Virus record (IMG/VR): IMGVR_UViG_3300027956_000012
Location: 1 to 50,965 of that record
Direction: 5' to 3' (one strand)
Length of the DNA: 50,965 bases
From: a virus
Taxonomy: Duplodnaviria; Caudoviricetes
Below the pieces are notes generated by a model. It saw only the letters and a list, made by a program, of their open reading frames with translations, did not search any database and was not told the DNA's origin. Positions 34,973 to 44,224 of the stretch are shown piece after piece (positions within the stretch are counted from its first letter, which is position 1; each line of letters begins with the position of its first letter). The translations under genes were made by a program, and so were the position numbers.

Positions 34973-35635
34973 TTATTTTTTATGTGGCTTATATCCAAGA
35001 CGCTTAGCTTCTTTCGGAGACAATGTTGCCCACCAGGAACCTCTCTGAACCATTGATCCAGGTTTTCCAGTAGCTTGACAAGTTTTTTGGCTAAGGTATT
35101 CTGCAAAGCGAATCATACCTTCTACCGCTTCATCACCTCCATCAGTATAGATTCTCAATGAACCAAACTTTTCTTTGTATTGAGCAATTTTCACTGTTGC
35201 AGGATTCTTAGATATATAGATATCTTGTTTATAAAAGTAAGAGGTAATTTTTGATGTAAGCTTTCTTACTTTTTTATAGAAGATATTTTTAGGGTAGCGA
35301 TATGCATTACAGCATCGATCAATTCTCAACCGTAACTTATTCCATAATTTACTCATGAAATACATAAGTTTTCTATCTGGATTTTTAACAGATCGAGATG
35401 TGTTTTTGGTATAGTCTACAATAGCTCCGAACAAGTTGTCTACTAGAGTTTCCCAGCCCTTAGGACAATCATTCCAGCACCTTTTTATCTGCGGTAGTAG
35501 TTCACCTTCTTCATCAGTATAGAAAAGATCGGGATATTTCTTGAACAGATACTGCTCAAAATCAAAATCTTCTTTTACATCTGCCGCAATCTTTGCTTTT
35601 AGTTTCTTTACGCTATTCATAGTTTTAGTTTCCAT
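34973..35635 (-). CDS. Conserved phage protein (QxKEKFGxLRxY motif)
   Basis: KGW...QYKEKFGSLRIY...CQATGKPG. Confidence 0.75.
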   Translation of the reverse strand: METKTMNSVKKLKAKIAADVKEDFDFEQYLFKKYPDLFYTDEEGELLPQIKRCWNDCPKGWETLVDNLFGAIVDYTKNTSRSVKNPDRKLMYFMSKLWNKLRLRIDRCCNAYRYPKNIFYKKVRKLTSKITSYFYKQDIYISKNPATVKIAQYKEKFGSLRIYTDGGDEAVEGMIRFAEYLSQKTCQATGKPGSMVQRGSWWATLSPKEAKRLGYKPHKK

Positions 35636-35825
35636 CTTCTGGTCCTGTCCTAAAGAGTATATCTATCTTTTTTAGATTTTCAAGTATTACGCTTTGATTA
35701 CTTGAAATATTTCTAGCAATATACAACTGATGGCAAAGGTGTGTTAGTATAACTAATCTCTCTTCAGGTGTGTAGTTATGAAGTTGCTTTAGCTTACCAA
35801 CTGGGTAATATGTATGTTTTGTCAT
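35625..35825 (-). CDS. Hypothetical protein
   Basis: Packed ORF. Confidence 0.6.
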   Translation of the reverse strand: MTKHTYYPVGKLKQLHNYTPEERLVILTHLCHQLYIARNISSNQSVILENLKKIDILFRTGPEDGN

Positions 35826-35831
35826 AATTGT

Positions 35832-36272
35832 TTAGGTAAATCCGATGAAGCCTACCATGCCTACTGGTTTTTCAGTGCGGGTATACTTAAAGTTTTGAGC
35901 GTCAAAATTTGAGCAATACCAAATCTCATCTTCTACTGAAGAATAAGAATCAATGCAATCCACTTTGCGTTTTTCAATGCATAGGTAATCGTAATAGCCT
36001 TCGCAAATGCCATATGGATCGTTCTGCGATTCGATAACGTTAATCAAAAGATCCAAATCCAAAAAGCTGCCTCGATATGCCTTACCAACACTTATAGCAT
36101 TACGAATTTCCATTCTTTCTTCCTGTACTTCCTTCCAAAAAACTTCTTTCTCCTCGGCATTCAGTTTAGAATGATGATTTTCCATTGCTCTAAGAGTCTT
36201 GTATGCATCAATATGAGATTTAGAAAATGAGATAAGATTGTAAGTGTATATTTCTTTTTTCATAATATTCAA
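35832..36272 (-). CDS. Hypothetical protein
   Basis: 146-aa ORF. Confidence 0.7.
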   Translation of the reverse strand: MNIMKKEIYTYNLISFSKSHIDAYKTLRAMENHHSKLNAEEKEVFWKEVQEERMEIRNAISVGKAYRGSFLDLDLLINVIESQNDPYGICEGYYDYLCIEKRKVDCIDSYSSVEDEIWYCSNFDAQNFKYTRTEKPVGMVGFIGFT

Positions 36273-36481
36273 TTGATCAAAATGGCTTCACAGTCAAATG
36301 ATTCAGAATCATCGGAGACTCTATCATGCTTTCCATAATACCATTCACTGAATACATTTAGCTTAATTTTTGTTTTCGTAGAGGTAGATGCTTCATTCAC
36401 ACCATCCTCGTAACCTCGTACGATAACGATCATTTCGGGATCGTGTTTTTGAAGTTCCTCGATTAGTTGTTTTACTTTCAT
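36269..36481 (-). CDS. Conserved small phage protein
   Basis: MKVKQLIEELQKHDP...GYEDG. Confidence 0.75.
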   Translation of the reverse strand: MKVKQLIEELQKHDPEMIVIVRGYEDGVNEASTSTKTKIKLNVFSEWYYGKHDRVSDDSESFDCEAILIN

Positions 36482-36858
36482 TATTGTGTGAATAGAGTTT
36501 TAACATACTCCAACAAATATAGTCGCGGAGCAAGTTTGATCATAATCCAATCAGTGTTGCTGCAAATAGCACAGACGCTAAGTGCAATCGGAATAGACCA
36601 AAACATGGAGAACGGTAAATTTCCGTCGTCAAATTTACTTTTCAAACACCATTGTATAAACTTAAGCAGTGTATAAATGCTGGCAATCAATACAAGTATT
36701 CCAATAGAAAAGCCTCCTAAGCTCATCCAAAATTTATAGAGCAACAGCTCTTGAATGAATAGTGGAATTTGTTCTGTTCCAAAGTCTGCGGTTGTTTTGA
36801 TTGCTTGTTCGAGCCATCCTAAGAGCTCGATTGATTTTTGTTCTAGTTGTTCTTTCAT
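36481..36858 (-). CDS. Membrane protein
   Basis: Two hydrophobic segments; EQIP..IQE, APRLYLLE. Confidence 0.7.
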   Translation of the reverse strand: MKEQLEQKSIELLGWLEQAIKTTADFGTEQIPLFIQELLLYKFWMSLGGFSIGILVLIASIYTLLKFIQWCLKSKFDDGNLPFSMFWSIPIALSVCAICSNTDWIMIKLAPRLYLLEYVKTLFTQ

Positions 36859-36870
36859 AATTTGTTTTTT

Positions 36871-37218
36871 CTAATATAAATTTTCGGAAAATAATATTCC
36901 TTCTGTTGCTTGATTTGCTGGTTGTGCAATTCTTTTATTGCTACCTGCTGGATCATACAGCTTGATTTGACCATTTTTATCAGCAATAACCCAAGCTTCT
37001 TTTCTTGTTAAGAATTCACCAAATTGGTTTATAAATCCTTGCTCGCAACTTTTCCACCAAGCTATTCCTTCGGAAGCTTCCATTTGATCACGCATAACTT
37101 TATCAAAATGCCGTGCGCCTGTAATGATTCGGCCATCTTTAAGCATAGCTGCACAAACAACAATGCTGTCTGGTTTTTCTATGTTATTATCTTTCCAATA
37201 ATCGCTCATAGGTTCCAT
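36871..37218 (-). CDS. Conserved phage protein
   Basis: IVVCAA...GARH...EQGFI...FLTRKEA...LFSENLY. Confidence 0.75.
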   Translation of the reverse strand: MEPMSDYWKDNNIEKPDSIVVCAAMLKDGRIITGARHFDKVMRDQMEASEGIAWWKSCEQGFINQFGEFLTRKEAWVIADKNGQIKLYDPAGSNKRIAQPANQATEGILFSENLY

Positions 37219-37484
37219 GTTGTTGTAGTTACACTGCCTCTACAAGTTTCGCAATAACCATCTTCAGTTTCGGATTCATCGTATTGAAAGCAGCCAATCA
37301 AATTATCAATACTGACAGTATTGTCTTTTAATTCCTGCTTGAACTTTTCGCAAAGATAATCGACAAATTCTTCAATTTGACTTTGATTCATTGGTTCAAA
37401 TTCACCGTAAATGTTTTGACCGTTGACAGTTGTTCCAAAGGAAAGACATCCTTCACTTTTTACAATTTCGTATTTTGGTTTCAT
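37206..37484 (-). CDS. Hypothetical protein
   Basis: Packed ORF with CxxC. Confidence 0.65.
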   Translation of the reverse strand: MKPKYEIVKSEGCLSFGTTVNGQNIYGEFEPMNQSQIEEFVDYLCEKFKQELKDNTVSIDNLIGCFQYDESETEDGYCETCRGSVTTTTWNL

Positions 37485-38002
37485 ACTCTTTCTTGAATAA
37501 ATTCTTTAATATTGTCAAAAAATGGATCATCAGGATAGTTCACTCCATAATATACGGGTGTTTGGTGGTAATTGTCAAAGGCAATATTCATAAAATCTAT
37601 CTTAGACATATTATAGAACAATGGCAAATTATCAATCAACACATTATCTTTATGCGCCAATGGATGTGCTATTAAACTCGATTCACCACTCCATGCGCTC
37701 TTATGAGAATATTTGCTCATATCCTCTCTGGCAAAGATATGATCATCGTCCAATCCAAATTCACCCAGACGATTTAACGTCTCGGCATAATCACGTGTCG
37801 CAGCTGTCAAAATATAAACATTTTCTTTTCCGACAACGCTGTTATAGTATTCGAACAATTCTTTTGTACAAGGACGAATAATCGTTCTATAGGTATGCAT
37901 GTCTTCACCGAGAATAAATTCTATATGATTCTGGTTTGGGTCACTGTTGACAAATGTATGCAAGATGCATTCGTCAAGGTCTTGAAATATTCGTTTGATC
38001 AC
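37481..38002 (-). CDS. HAD-superfamily (NIF/FCP1-like) phosphatase
   Basis: DLDECILH...RP...ILTAATRDYA...LIDN. Confidence 0.8.
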   Translation of the reverse strand: MIKRIFQDLDECILHTFVNSDPNQNHIEFILGEDMHTYRTIIRPCTKELFEYYNSVVGKENVYILTAATRDYAETLNRLGEFGLDDDHIFAREDMSKYSHKSAWSGESSLIAHPLAHKDNVLIDNLPLFYNMSKIDFMNIAFDNYHQTPVYYGVNYPDDPFFDNIKEFIQERV

Positions 38003-38010
38003 ACTTAATT

Positions 38011-38373
38011 TTATCTAAGTTCCGTTAATTCTTCTTTAATACATTTTAAAATTAAATCAGACCCACGTACTGTATCTACAAGCTCATCACCTTTAAAAAC
38101 AAGTAACTGCGGAACAGTTTTAATACTATGATGTTTAAAGAATTCAGTCTCTTCCTCCATCTGTTTAATTTCTACGTTAAGATTTTCTGCATCAATCTGT
38201 GCTTTAAGTAATTTACACGGACCGCAAAAACCAGCAGATGCTAGGATAAGCTTATTTTTCTTTTTGAAGATATTATCCCAACCATCCCTAAACGCTTGGT
38301 TAGGTGGTTCTGATTTTATATATCTTCCTGTAATAGGATTCTGTGCTATATTTCCTGTTGCCATATTATTCAA
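38011..38373 (-). CDS. Thioredoxin-like protein
   Basis: FCGPCK, IKTVP. Confidence 0.85.
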   Translation of the reverse strand: MNNMATGNIAQNPITGRYIKSEPPNQAFRDGWDNIFKKKNKLILASAGFCGPCKLLKAQIDAENLNVEIKQMEEETEFFKHHSIKTVPQLLVFKGDELVDTVRGSDLILKCIKEELTELR

Positions 38374-38602
38374 ATAAGTTTGATACTACAAATTTAGTGT
38401 ATTCACTATCGTCTGTGTAAGTATTATAAATGTAATCAAAAAGCCATTCAGAGTCGTGACCGAGTTTAGTACATAATTCTTCGTAAGCTTTATTTTGTTG
38501 CTCAGTATAAGATGCTATTTCTTCTTTGCACTTATCTACTAAAGTTTTATCTGCTAGGGTAAGTTTATTCAAAGTGTGTGTCATATTTTTTACGGTATTC
38601 AT
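38366..38602 (-). CDS. Hypothetical protein
   Basis: Packed ORF. Confidence 0.6.
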   Translation of the reverse strand: MNTVKNMTHTLNKLTLADKTLVDKCKEEIASYTEQQNKAYEELCTKLGHDSEWLFDYIYNTYTDDSEYTKFVVSNLFE

Positions 38603-39275
38603 TAATTTTATTCATAATTTCTTCATTAACATTAGAAGAGGGTTCACTAACATATTCATAGATGCTATCTATAAGTTTTTGTTCAGGGCTTGGATATTTT
38701 TTACGATTTTCTTTAAAGCTTACAACTAGCTTCGCACGTTCAGCACTCCACTTTTCTTTTTTAGCAGCTAGTTCTTCATCTGTATATCTAACCGGTAAAT
38801 CGTGCTTAATCAGTATAATATCACCCTGTATTTTACCATCAATAAATTGCGCTTGATATTCAACCCAGCCGTAAACATATCTCATCCAATCTTTATCAGC
38901 GTCTTCTTCTAGTGAGTCACCATATCTAGGTGCATCGGGGTGGTTGTAAGCTTCGTAGAAATCAATAGAACCATTAAAGCTTACTTTAACCCATTCATGT
39001 GAAGTTTCATGATATTTACCACCTAGTGAATGAAGAAACGATTTTTCTTCTGTATCATCATTATCTTCTTCCCAATAACCTTCAACTTTTTCTACATACA
39101 ATTGACCTTCAGAGTCAATCTTGTACAAAGACATATATTGATTAGGTGTATCTTTTGTTTGAAAGATAACCTCACTCGAGTTAATTTCTTCACTCTTTAC
39201 TACCCACCGATCAAGTATACCTTGCGGCAGACCAGTAAGCGGTAACTCACTTTTAATATAATCAAACATAGACAT
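38565..39275 (-). CDS. Conserved phage protein (MxMFD...FQTKD)
   Basis: Motif; 236-aa ORF. Confidence 0.7.
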   Translation of the reverse strand: MSMFDYIKSELPLTGLPQGILDRWVVKSEEINSSEVIFQTKDTPNQYMSLYKIDSEGQLYVEKVEGYWEEDNDDTEEKSFLHSLGGKYHETSHEWVKVSFNGSIDFYEAYNHPDAPRYGDSLEEDADKDWMRYVYGWVEYQAQFIDGKIQGDIILIKHDLPVRYTDEELAAKKEKWSAERAKLVVSFKENRKKYPSPEQKLIDSIYEYVSEPSSNVNEEIMNKINEYRKKYDTHFE

Positions 39276-39299
39276 TATTATATTATATACTAAAGATTG

Positions 39300-39545
39300 C
39301 TAACTGCAAACACTTTTACTAAAGTTTTTAACACAACTTCTAGCACCATTAGGCATAAAATATTTTTTATTACGATTCCAAGATTCAGCAGTATGAATCT
39401 CTATCTCACACCCGGTCTTATGACCGTAAACTTGACGCCCTTTCGGTTTAGGAACATCAGGACCAGTAAAAGCGCAAGCTCTACAAATCTTCAAATTTAG
39501 CTCAGCACGCGCTGGCTCCACCATATTACCACATCCACAAGTCAT
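39300..39545 (-). CDS. DksA/TraR-like Zn-finger protein
   Basis: CxCG..VEPARAE....ICRAC. Confidence 0.55.
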   Translation of the reverse strand: MTCGCGNMVEPARAELNLKICRACAFTGPDVPKPKGRQVYGHKTGCEIEIHTAESWNRNKKYFMPNGARSCVKNFSKSVCS

Positions 39546-39561
39546 ATTTTATTATAGTTAG

Positions 39562-39741
39562 TTATTCGCCTTTATCTGCTACCCATGCCATTATATCGTA
39601 ATGAAATGATTTTTCACTGAGATTTTCACTTACATTAATAATACTTACAGGCTCAACACCAGCGCCTTGCTCATATACCATAATACGGTTCGTTTCTGAG
39701 TCATGCTCAAACCGATACTTATCAATTTTACCACTATACAT
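39562..39741 (-). CDS. 59-aa hypothetical protein (not in the ORF track)
   Basis: MYSGKIDKYRFEHD...WVADKGE fills the gap between neighbours. Confidence 0.6.
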   Translation of the reverse strand: MYSGKIDKYRFEHDSETNRIMVYEQGAGVEPVSIINVSENLSEKSFHYDIMAWVADKGE

Positions 39742-39961
39742 CTTCGTTTTTGTTTATTTCTTCTTTCAATATTTCTAATAGGCTATACGATATATAAATT
39801 TTTTGCACAATATCAACTTCTAGTATTTCTCCTATAACATTATTTATAATTGGATATACCCTTAAATCAACACACTTTAATTGTTTATCATTATCATGTA
39901 TGTATTCAAGATCAAATAAATTATTGGTATATTTAGTGTCGATAAAGCGAAAAATATTCAT
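39734..39961 (-). CDS. Hypothetical protein
   Basis: ATGA overlap. Confidence 0.6.
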   Translation of the reverse strand: MNIFRFIDTKYTNNLFDLEYIHDNDKQLKCVDLRVYPIINNVIGEILEVDIVQKIYISYSLLEILKEEINKNEDV

Positions 39962-40407
39962 TTTTTAATATTATCACTTAGTTCCTTTAGAGAGTTAAAA
40001 TTGTACTTATCGTATTTATCTTCAATTTTTTTAAAACTTTTATAAATGTTGCAGACATCTGATGCTAATTTTTCAAACTTTCGTGCGTCTTTTTCTTCAG
40101 GAGAGTTGTAATACTCATTATAATTCGTATAGTCAAAACTAATATCCTTAATCTCAATGATTTGTTTAACGTGTCTAATTTCATGTAATAATGTCGATAC
40201 AATATATTTTAGCGTAGTTCCCTGAGTTAAATCAACTCTTATCATTTTTTCATCTTGCCAGTATGCTGACCAAGTAGTACGACTCTTCTCTACCTTAATA
40301 TAGGTATTCTTTTTAATGCTAATAAAGCGATTAAAGATATAGTTAAGAAGATCAAAGTCAATCTTTGTTACTTTAACTATGCTTCTAGATGGGATGAGTA
40401 CTAACAT
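39958..40407 (-). CDS. Zincin-like HEXXH protein
   Basis: LLHEIRH...SPEEKDAR. Confidence 0.7.
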   Translation of the reverse strand: MLVLIPSRSIVKVTKIDFDLLNYIFNRFISIKKNTYIKVEKSRTTWSAYWQDEKMIRVDLTQGTTLKYIVSTLLHEIRHVKQIIEIKDISFDYTNYNEYYNSPEEKDARKFEKLASDVCNIYKSFKKIEDKYDKYNFNSLKELSDNIKK

Positions 40408-40411
40408 TAAG

Positions 40412-41389
40412 TCATTTATTTACAGCATATTTTTTAACATAATACTCTACCGTTTTACTAATACCATCTTTAAAATTACATTGATTATGAAGTGGTTGCA
40501 CTTCGTCGTGTACTGTCGCCATCGCATATCTAAAATCGTGACCTAATCTATCTTCTACGCTTTTAATATATAACCCATCTTCACGCTTATATTCTGGATA
40601 TTTACTTTCTATCTCATCGATAATAATCTGCATTATTTTCAAGTTATCAATTTCTTCTGTACCGTACAGGTTATAAATACGCTGTTGTGATAGGTGATGT
40701 AAAACGTAGATAATAGCTTTAGCATGGTCTTCCGCATATATCCACTCTCTTATATTCTTACCGTTACCATACATTGGAATATGCTTACCAGCTACTATAG
40801 AACGAATAACGGTTGGAATTAACTTTTCATTATCTTGTCTCGGTCCATAATTATTACAGCAACGCGTAACCGTAACGTCTAAGCTATAGGTACTTCTATA
40901 AGACAATGCAAGTAAATCAGATGAGGCTTTGGATGCAGAGTAAGGCGATCTTGGATCTAAGTGAGTAAGCTCTGTAAACGGTGGATCATTTAATTTAAGA
41001 TGACCATATACCTCGTCAGTTGATACATGCACCATTCTAGTCTTAGGTGAATATAACCTTATACATTCTAGAATATTTGCTGTACCGTTAATATTAGATT
41101 CAATAAATCCTATAGGATTAACAATCGATCTATCTACGTGTGATTCAGCAGCTAGATGAATAACATAAGCTGGTTTATAAGCTTTAAATAAGATGGTTAC
41201 AACTGGATCATTAATATCTATAAAAAAGTTAGTTACCCGTTCATCTTTAGAGATATTACTACGAGAACTACCAGGACCCATCTTATCGATGTTAAGGATC
41301 TCAATATCTTCTAGTTTAAGGAGCTCTTGAATAACATAGCTACCAACAAACCCGCAACCACCTGTTACTACATAAAATGTCTTACTCAT
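40412..41389 (-). CDS. rmlB: dTDP-glucose 4,6-dehydratase
   Basis: TGGCGFVG, LAAESHVDRS, STDEVYG, YSASK, NNYGP. Confidence 0.95.
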   Translation of the reverse strand: MSKTFYVVTGGCGFVGSYVIQELLKLEDIEILNIDKMGPGSSRSNISKDERVTNFFIDINDPVVTILFKAYKPAYVIHLAAESHVDRSIVNPIGFIESNINGTANILECIRLYSPKTRMVHVSTDEVYGHLKLNDPPFTELTHLDPRSPYSASKASSDLLALSYRSTYSLDVTVTRCCNNYGPRQDNEKLIPTVIRSIVAGKHIPMYGNGKNIREWIYAEDHAKAIIYVLHHLSQQRIYNLYGTEEIDNLKIMQIIIDEIESKYPEYKREDGLYIKSVEDRLGHDFRYAMATVHDEVQPLHNQCNFKDGISKTVEYYVKKYAVNK

Positions 41390-42110
41390 AAAATCCTACT
41401 GTTGTATTTGTACGTTGTTCAATTGCTCTAACAAGAGCACCGCATTCATGAAGATCGTCATGAGTACCACAATCAAACCAAAATCCGTCTAGCTGTTTCA
41501 CTTTTACCTTTTCGATATTATCCATAGCTTTAATTAAATCTACAATTTCAAGTTCGCCTCTTGCAGATGGTGTTAGTGACTGAGCTATATTAACAACTTC
41601 GTTATTAAAAACATATAGACCTACAACAGCTTCATCGCTGATAAATTCAGTAGGCTTTTCAACAAGTTTATCAATATAACCACCACTCGTTAATTTAACT
41701 ACACCGTATGACTCAGGATGTCTAACCTTGTATGTAAAAATTGTATTAGGCTCTGCTTGAATATTCTCAGGTGTGATAAAAACGTTATCGCCTAATATTA
41801 ATGTAACATTATCAACACCAATAAACTCTTTACCAACAATAAAAGCATCAGGTAAACCTCTAGGTGAGTCTTGTACGATATAAGTTAATTTTAAATCCTT
41901 GACGTGTTTTAGCTGCTCTTCAAAAAGTCTACATTGAACATGATCTGCTGTAATAATGAGTATGTCTTTAATTCCCATACTTTTTAAAGTATTGAGAGGA
42001 TAATAAATCATCGGTTTATTATACACAGGTAGTAATTGTTTACTTATTGCATACGTTAACGGATAAAGTCTGCTACCTTTACCCCCAGCGAGTATAATAC
42101 CTTTAAGCAT
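41382..42110 (-). CDS. rmlA: Glucose-1-phosphate thymidylyltransferase
   Basis: GIILAGGKGSRLYPLT, SKQLLPVY, LGDN, EKP, RGELEI. Confidence 0.95.
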   Translation of the reverse strand: MLKGIILAGGKGSRLYPLTYAISKQLLPVYNKPMIYYPLNTLKSMGIKDILIITADHVQCRLFEEQLKHVKDLKLTYIVQDSPRGLPDAFIVGKEFIGVDNVTLILGDNVFITPENIQAEPNTIFTYKVRHPESYGVVKLTSGGYIDKLVEKPTEFISDEAVVGLYVFNNEVVNIAQSLTPSARGELEIVDLIKAMDNIEKVKVKQLDGFWFDCGTHDDLHECGALVRAIEQRTNTTVGFYE

Positions 42111-42111
42111 G

Positions 42112-42966
42112 TCAATCTAATTTAATATTAGTAAGGGCAATATCAAGAGCTTGAGACTCAGATTGTAAATAAAAGTCAGGAAATAAACTTTCTAGCTTAC
42201 TTGTTGATAAAACGCAGTTAGATCTAGGTGCAGCCATTTTAAGCAACTTAGGATCAACATAAGCCCATTTAGAGTTAGCTAAGCCGTGTGCAGTCATAAG
42301 ATCTGTAACACTCATAGTATCTAAAGCGTCAGGGTTAACAAAATTAATTGTATTAACAGTGGATAAGTTAACATTATTGTCAATAAGATACTCAACAAAT
42401 CTACACAAATCAGGTATGTAAGTTTTCGAGTTTTTAAAGTTAATTAAATTATCGTATTTGTGAATTTTAGTAAGATAGCTTCGAGGATTATAATGATTAC
42501 AGAATGGCATACGCACTCTAATAATGCAACCGTACTTGTTTAGCGTTTCAAAAGCGTGTTTACTTTTTGAGTAAGTTGAAGAACCGTCAAATAATCCAAA
42601 GTTAGGTTCATCTTCTTCCATCCATAATTTTTCATAACCACTATAAATACATCCCGAAGAAATATGAATGTATTTTATTCTAAGTTGTTCGCATGTACTA
42701 GCAACAGCTAATGGAATAACAACGTTAAGATCCCAGCATTCTTTCTTTTTAATTTCACCCTCATCCACGTTAGGTCGACCAGTAAAACCAAAACAATTAA
42801 CAATATAGTTAATGTCATTATTTAAAATGTATTTACGTAGTGCTATTTGATCAGAATAATCGAGAGTTTTACGAGAGTGTATGTGGTATGTATGTTTATC
42901 TTTGTCTGCTTGATTAAACAAAGACTGACCGACATACCCAGCTCCTAAAATTAATATGTTACTCAT
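42112..42966 (-). CDS. NDP-4-keto-6-deoxyglucose reductase, likely bifunctional 3,5-epimerase/4-reductase
   Basis: GAGYVG, GFTGRPNVD, SSGCIY, YSKSK, RVRMP, APRSNC. Confidence 0.8.
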   Translation of the reverse strand: MSNILILGAGYVGQSLFNQADKDKHTYHIHSRKTLDYSDQIALRKYILNNDINYIVNCFGFTGRPNVDEGEIKKKECWDLNVVIPLAVASTCEQLRIKYIHISSGCIYSGYEKLWMEEDEPNFGLFDGSSTYSKSKHAFETLNKYGCIIRVRMPFCNHYNPRSYLTKIHKYDNLINFKNSKTYIPDLCRFVEYLIDNNVNLSTVNTINFVNPDALDTMSVTDLMTAHGLANSKWAYVDPKLLKMAAPRSNCVLSTSKLESLFPDFYLQSESQALDIALTNIKLD

Positions 42967-43009
42967 ATAGAATAATTATAGCATTACCCACCGTCTAAAT
43001 CAAGTAAGA

Positions 43010-43198
43010 TTAAAGGTTTTCTTTTTTCAGCTTAATGTAATAATTTTTATCACTTGCAAGGTGCTGTTTCGCGATAATAGTAGCAATGGCTTTATAAGGT
43101 GTATGCTCACTCTCTACCTTTATACCTTTTGCGAGTTCTTCAGGGTTGTATTTGATAGTATTATCTACAGGTTTAAAAAAAGATTTGAATGCTTTCAT
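43010..43198 (-). CDS. DUF5661-like late protein
   Basis: ELAKGIKVESEHT...IAKQHL....YY.KL; TAAATA upstream. Confidence 0.7.
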   Translation of the reverse strand: MKAFKSFFKPVDNTIKYNPEELAKGIKVESEHTPYKAIATIIAKQHLASDKNYYIKLKKENL

Positions 43199-43199
43199 A

Positions 43200-43424
43200 T
43201 TATTTACCTTTACCGTAGTACTCTTCGATATATTCTAAAATATCACTACTAGTTACAATATCATTATCAGATATAAATTCGATCATAGCATCAGCTAAAT
43301 CATTACCCATTTGCGAGAGATCACCGTTTTCAGTATCATCAAGCAAATCACGTAATTCATAAATTGAATTTGTAATTTTATCAATCTTTTCATTTATTTT
43401 ACGTGTTAGTGTTCCTTTATTCAT
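43200..43424 (-). CDS. Hypothetical acidic protein
   Basis: TAAATA upstream. Confidence 0.65.
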   Translation of the reverse strand: MNKGTLTRKINEKIDKITNSIYELRDLLDDTENGDLSQMGNDLADAMIEFISDNDIVTSSDILEYIEEYYGKGK

Positions 43425-43484
43425 TGTTACTATTTAATTAATTTACAAATAATTAATCTAACGGCATATATTTTTTAAAATATA

Positions 43485-44177
43485 TTAAGCTTTAAAGTTA
43501 GATTTATAATGCTCTAAAATATTATTAATATCTGTTTTAAGATAATTAGAGTGATACGGTACCCATTGATCTTGTTCAAGATAAAATGTTACAATCTTAC
43601 TACATTTCTTACCTGATTTTTGTTCAAACATTCTAGCATACATAGATAGCTGTAAAGCGTAGGTGTTAAACTCGCAAGCTTGTAAGTGATCAATAGGAGC
43701 TTTAAGGTAATCGTTGTAATTATTAGAAAATCTATATTGTTTATTTGTTTTAAAGTCACCAACAATAAAATCATCTTTACGTTCATATATCAAGTCTGAT
43801 ATACCTGCAACTTCATATTCATCTAAATGCAAGAGCTCTTCTGATAAAACTTGTTTAAAGTTACCAATATGCTTATCAATTAAATTAGCATAACTCTTAT
43901 AAAGGTAATTATAACTATCATCAACTTCACCAAATTTTACAAACTTCTCCATTAACTGGTGAATCTTTGTTCCACGATCTGTTGCTGTTTTTGTTGTAGC
44001 AGCCCAGCTCTCCAATACAAACTTCTGCGTTACACCTTCACGCTCTGCAACTCGTAGGGAATGAGCGTGCGAATCAAACGCCTTTTTATACTTGCCTAGT
44101 AATGTAGTAACAGATATATATTTTCTATTTGTCTCACTATTCGTGTATGTATGTGATTTTTCATCAAAAACGATCAT
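43485..44177 (-). CDS. PD-(D/E)XK exonuclease (Cas4/RecB-like)
   Basis: SVTT, RGTKIH, AGISDL, DFKT, YALQLSMY. Confidence 0.85.
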   Translation of the reverse strand: MIVFDEKSHTYTNSETNRKYISVTTLLGKYKKAFDSHAHSLRVAEREGVTQKFVLESWAATTKTATDRGTKIHQLMEKFVKFGEVDDSYNYLYKSYANLIDKHIGNFKQVLSEELLHLDEYEVAGISDLIYERKDDFIVGDFKTNKQYRFSNNYNDYLKAPIDHLQACEFNTYALQLSMYARMFEQKSGKKCSKIVTFYLEQDQWVPYHSNYLKTDINNILEHYKSNFKA

Positions 44178-44224
44178 ATGTAATTATTATAATGTAAAAA
44201 CTACATAAATCAATAAATAATATT

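Noticed and set aside
43485-44177. Cas4 of a CRISPR system
   Set aside because: Lacks the four-Cys cluster pattern; no array or cas neighbours
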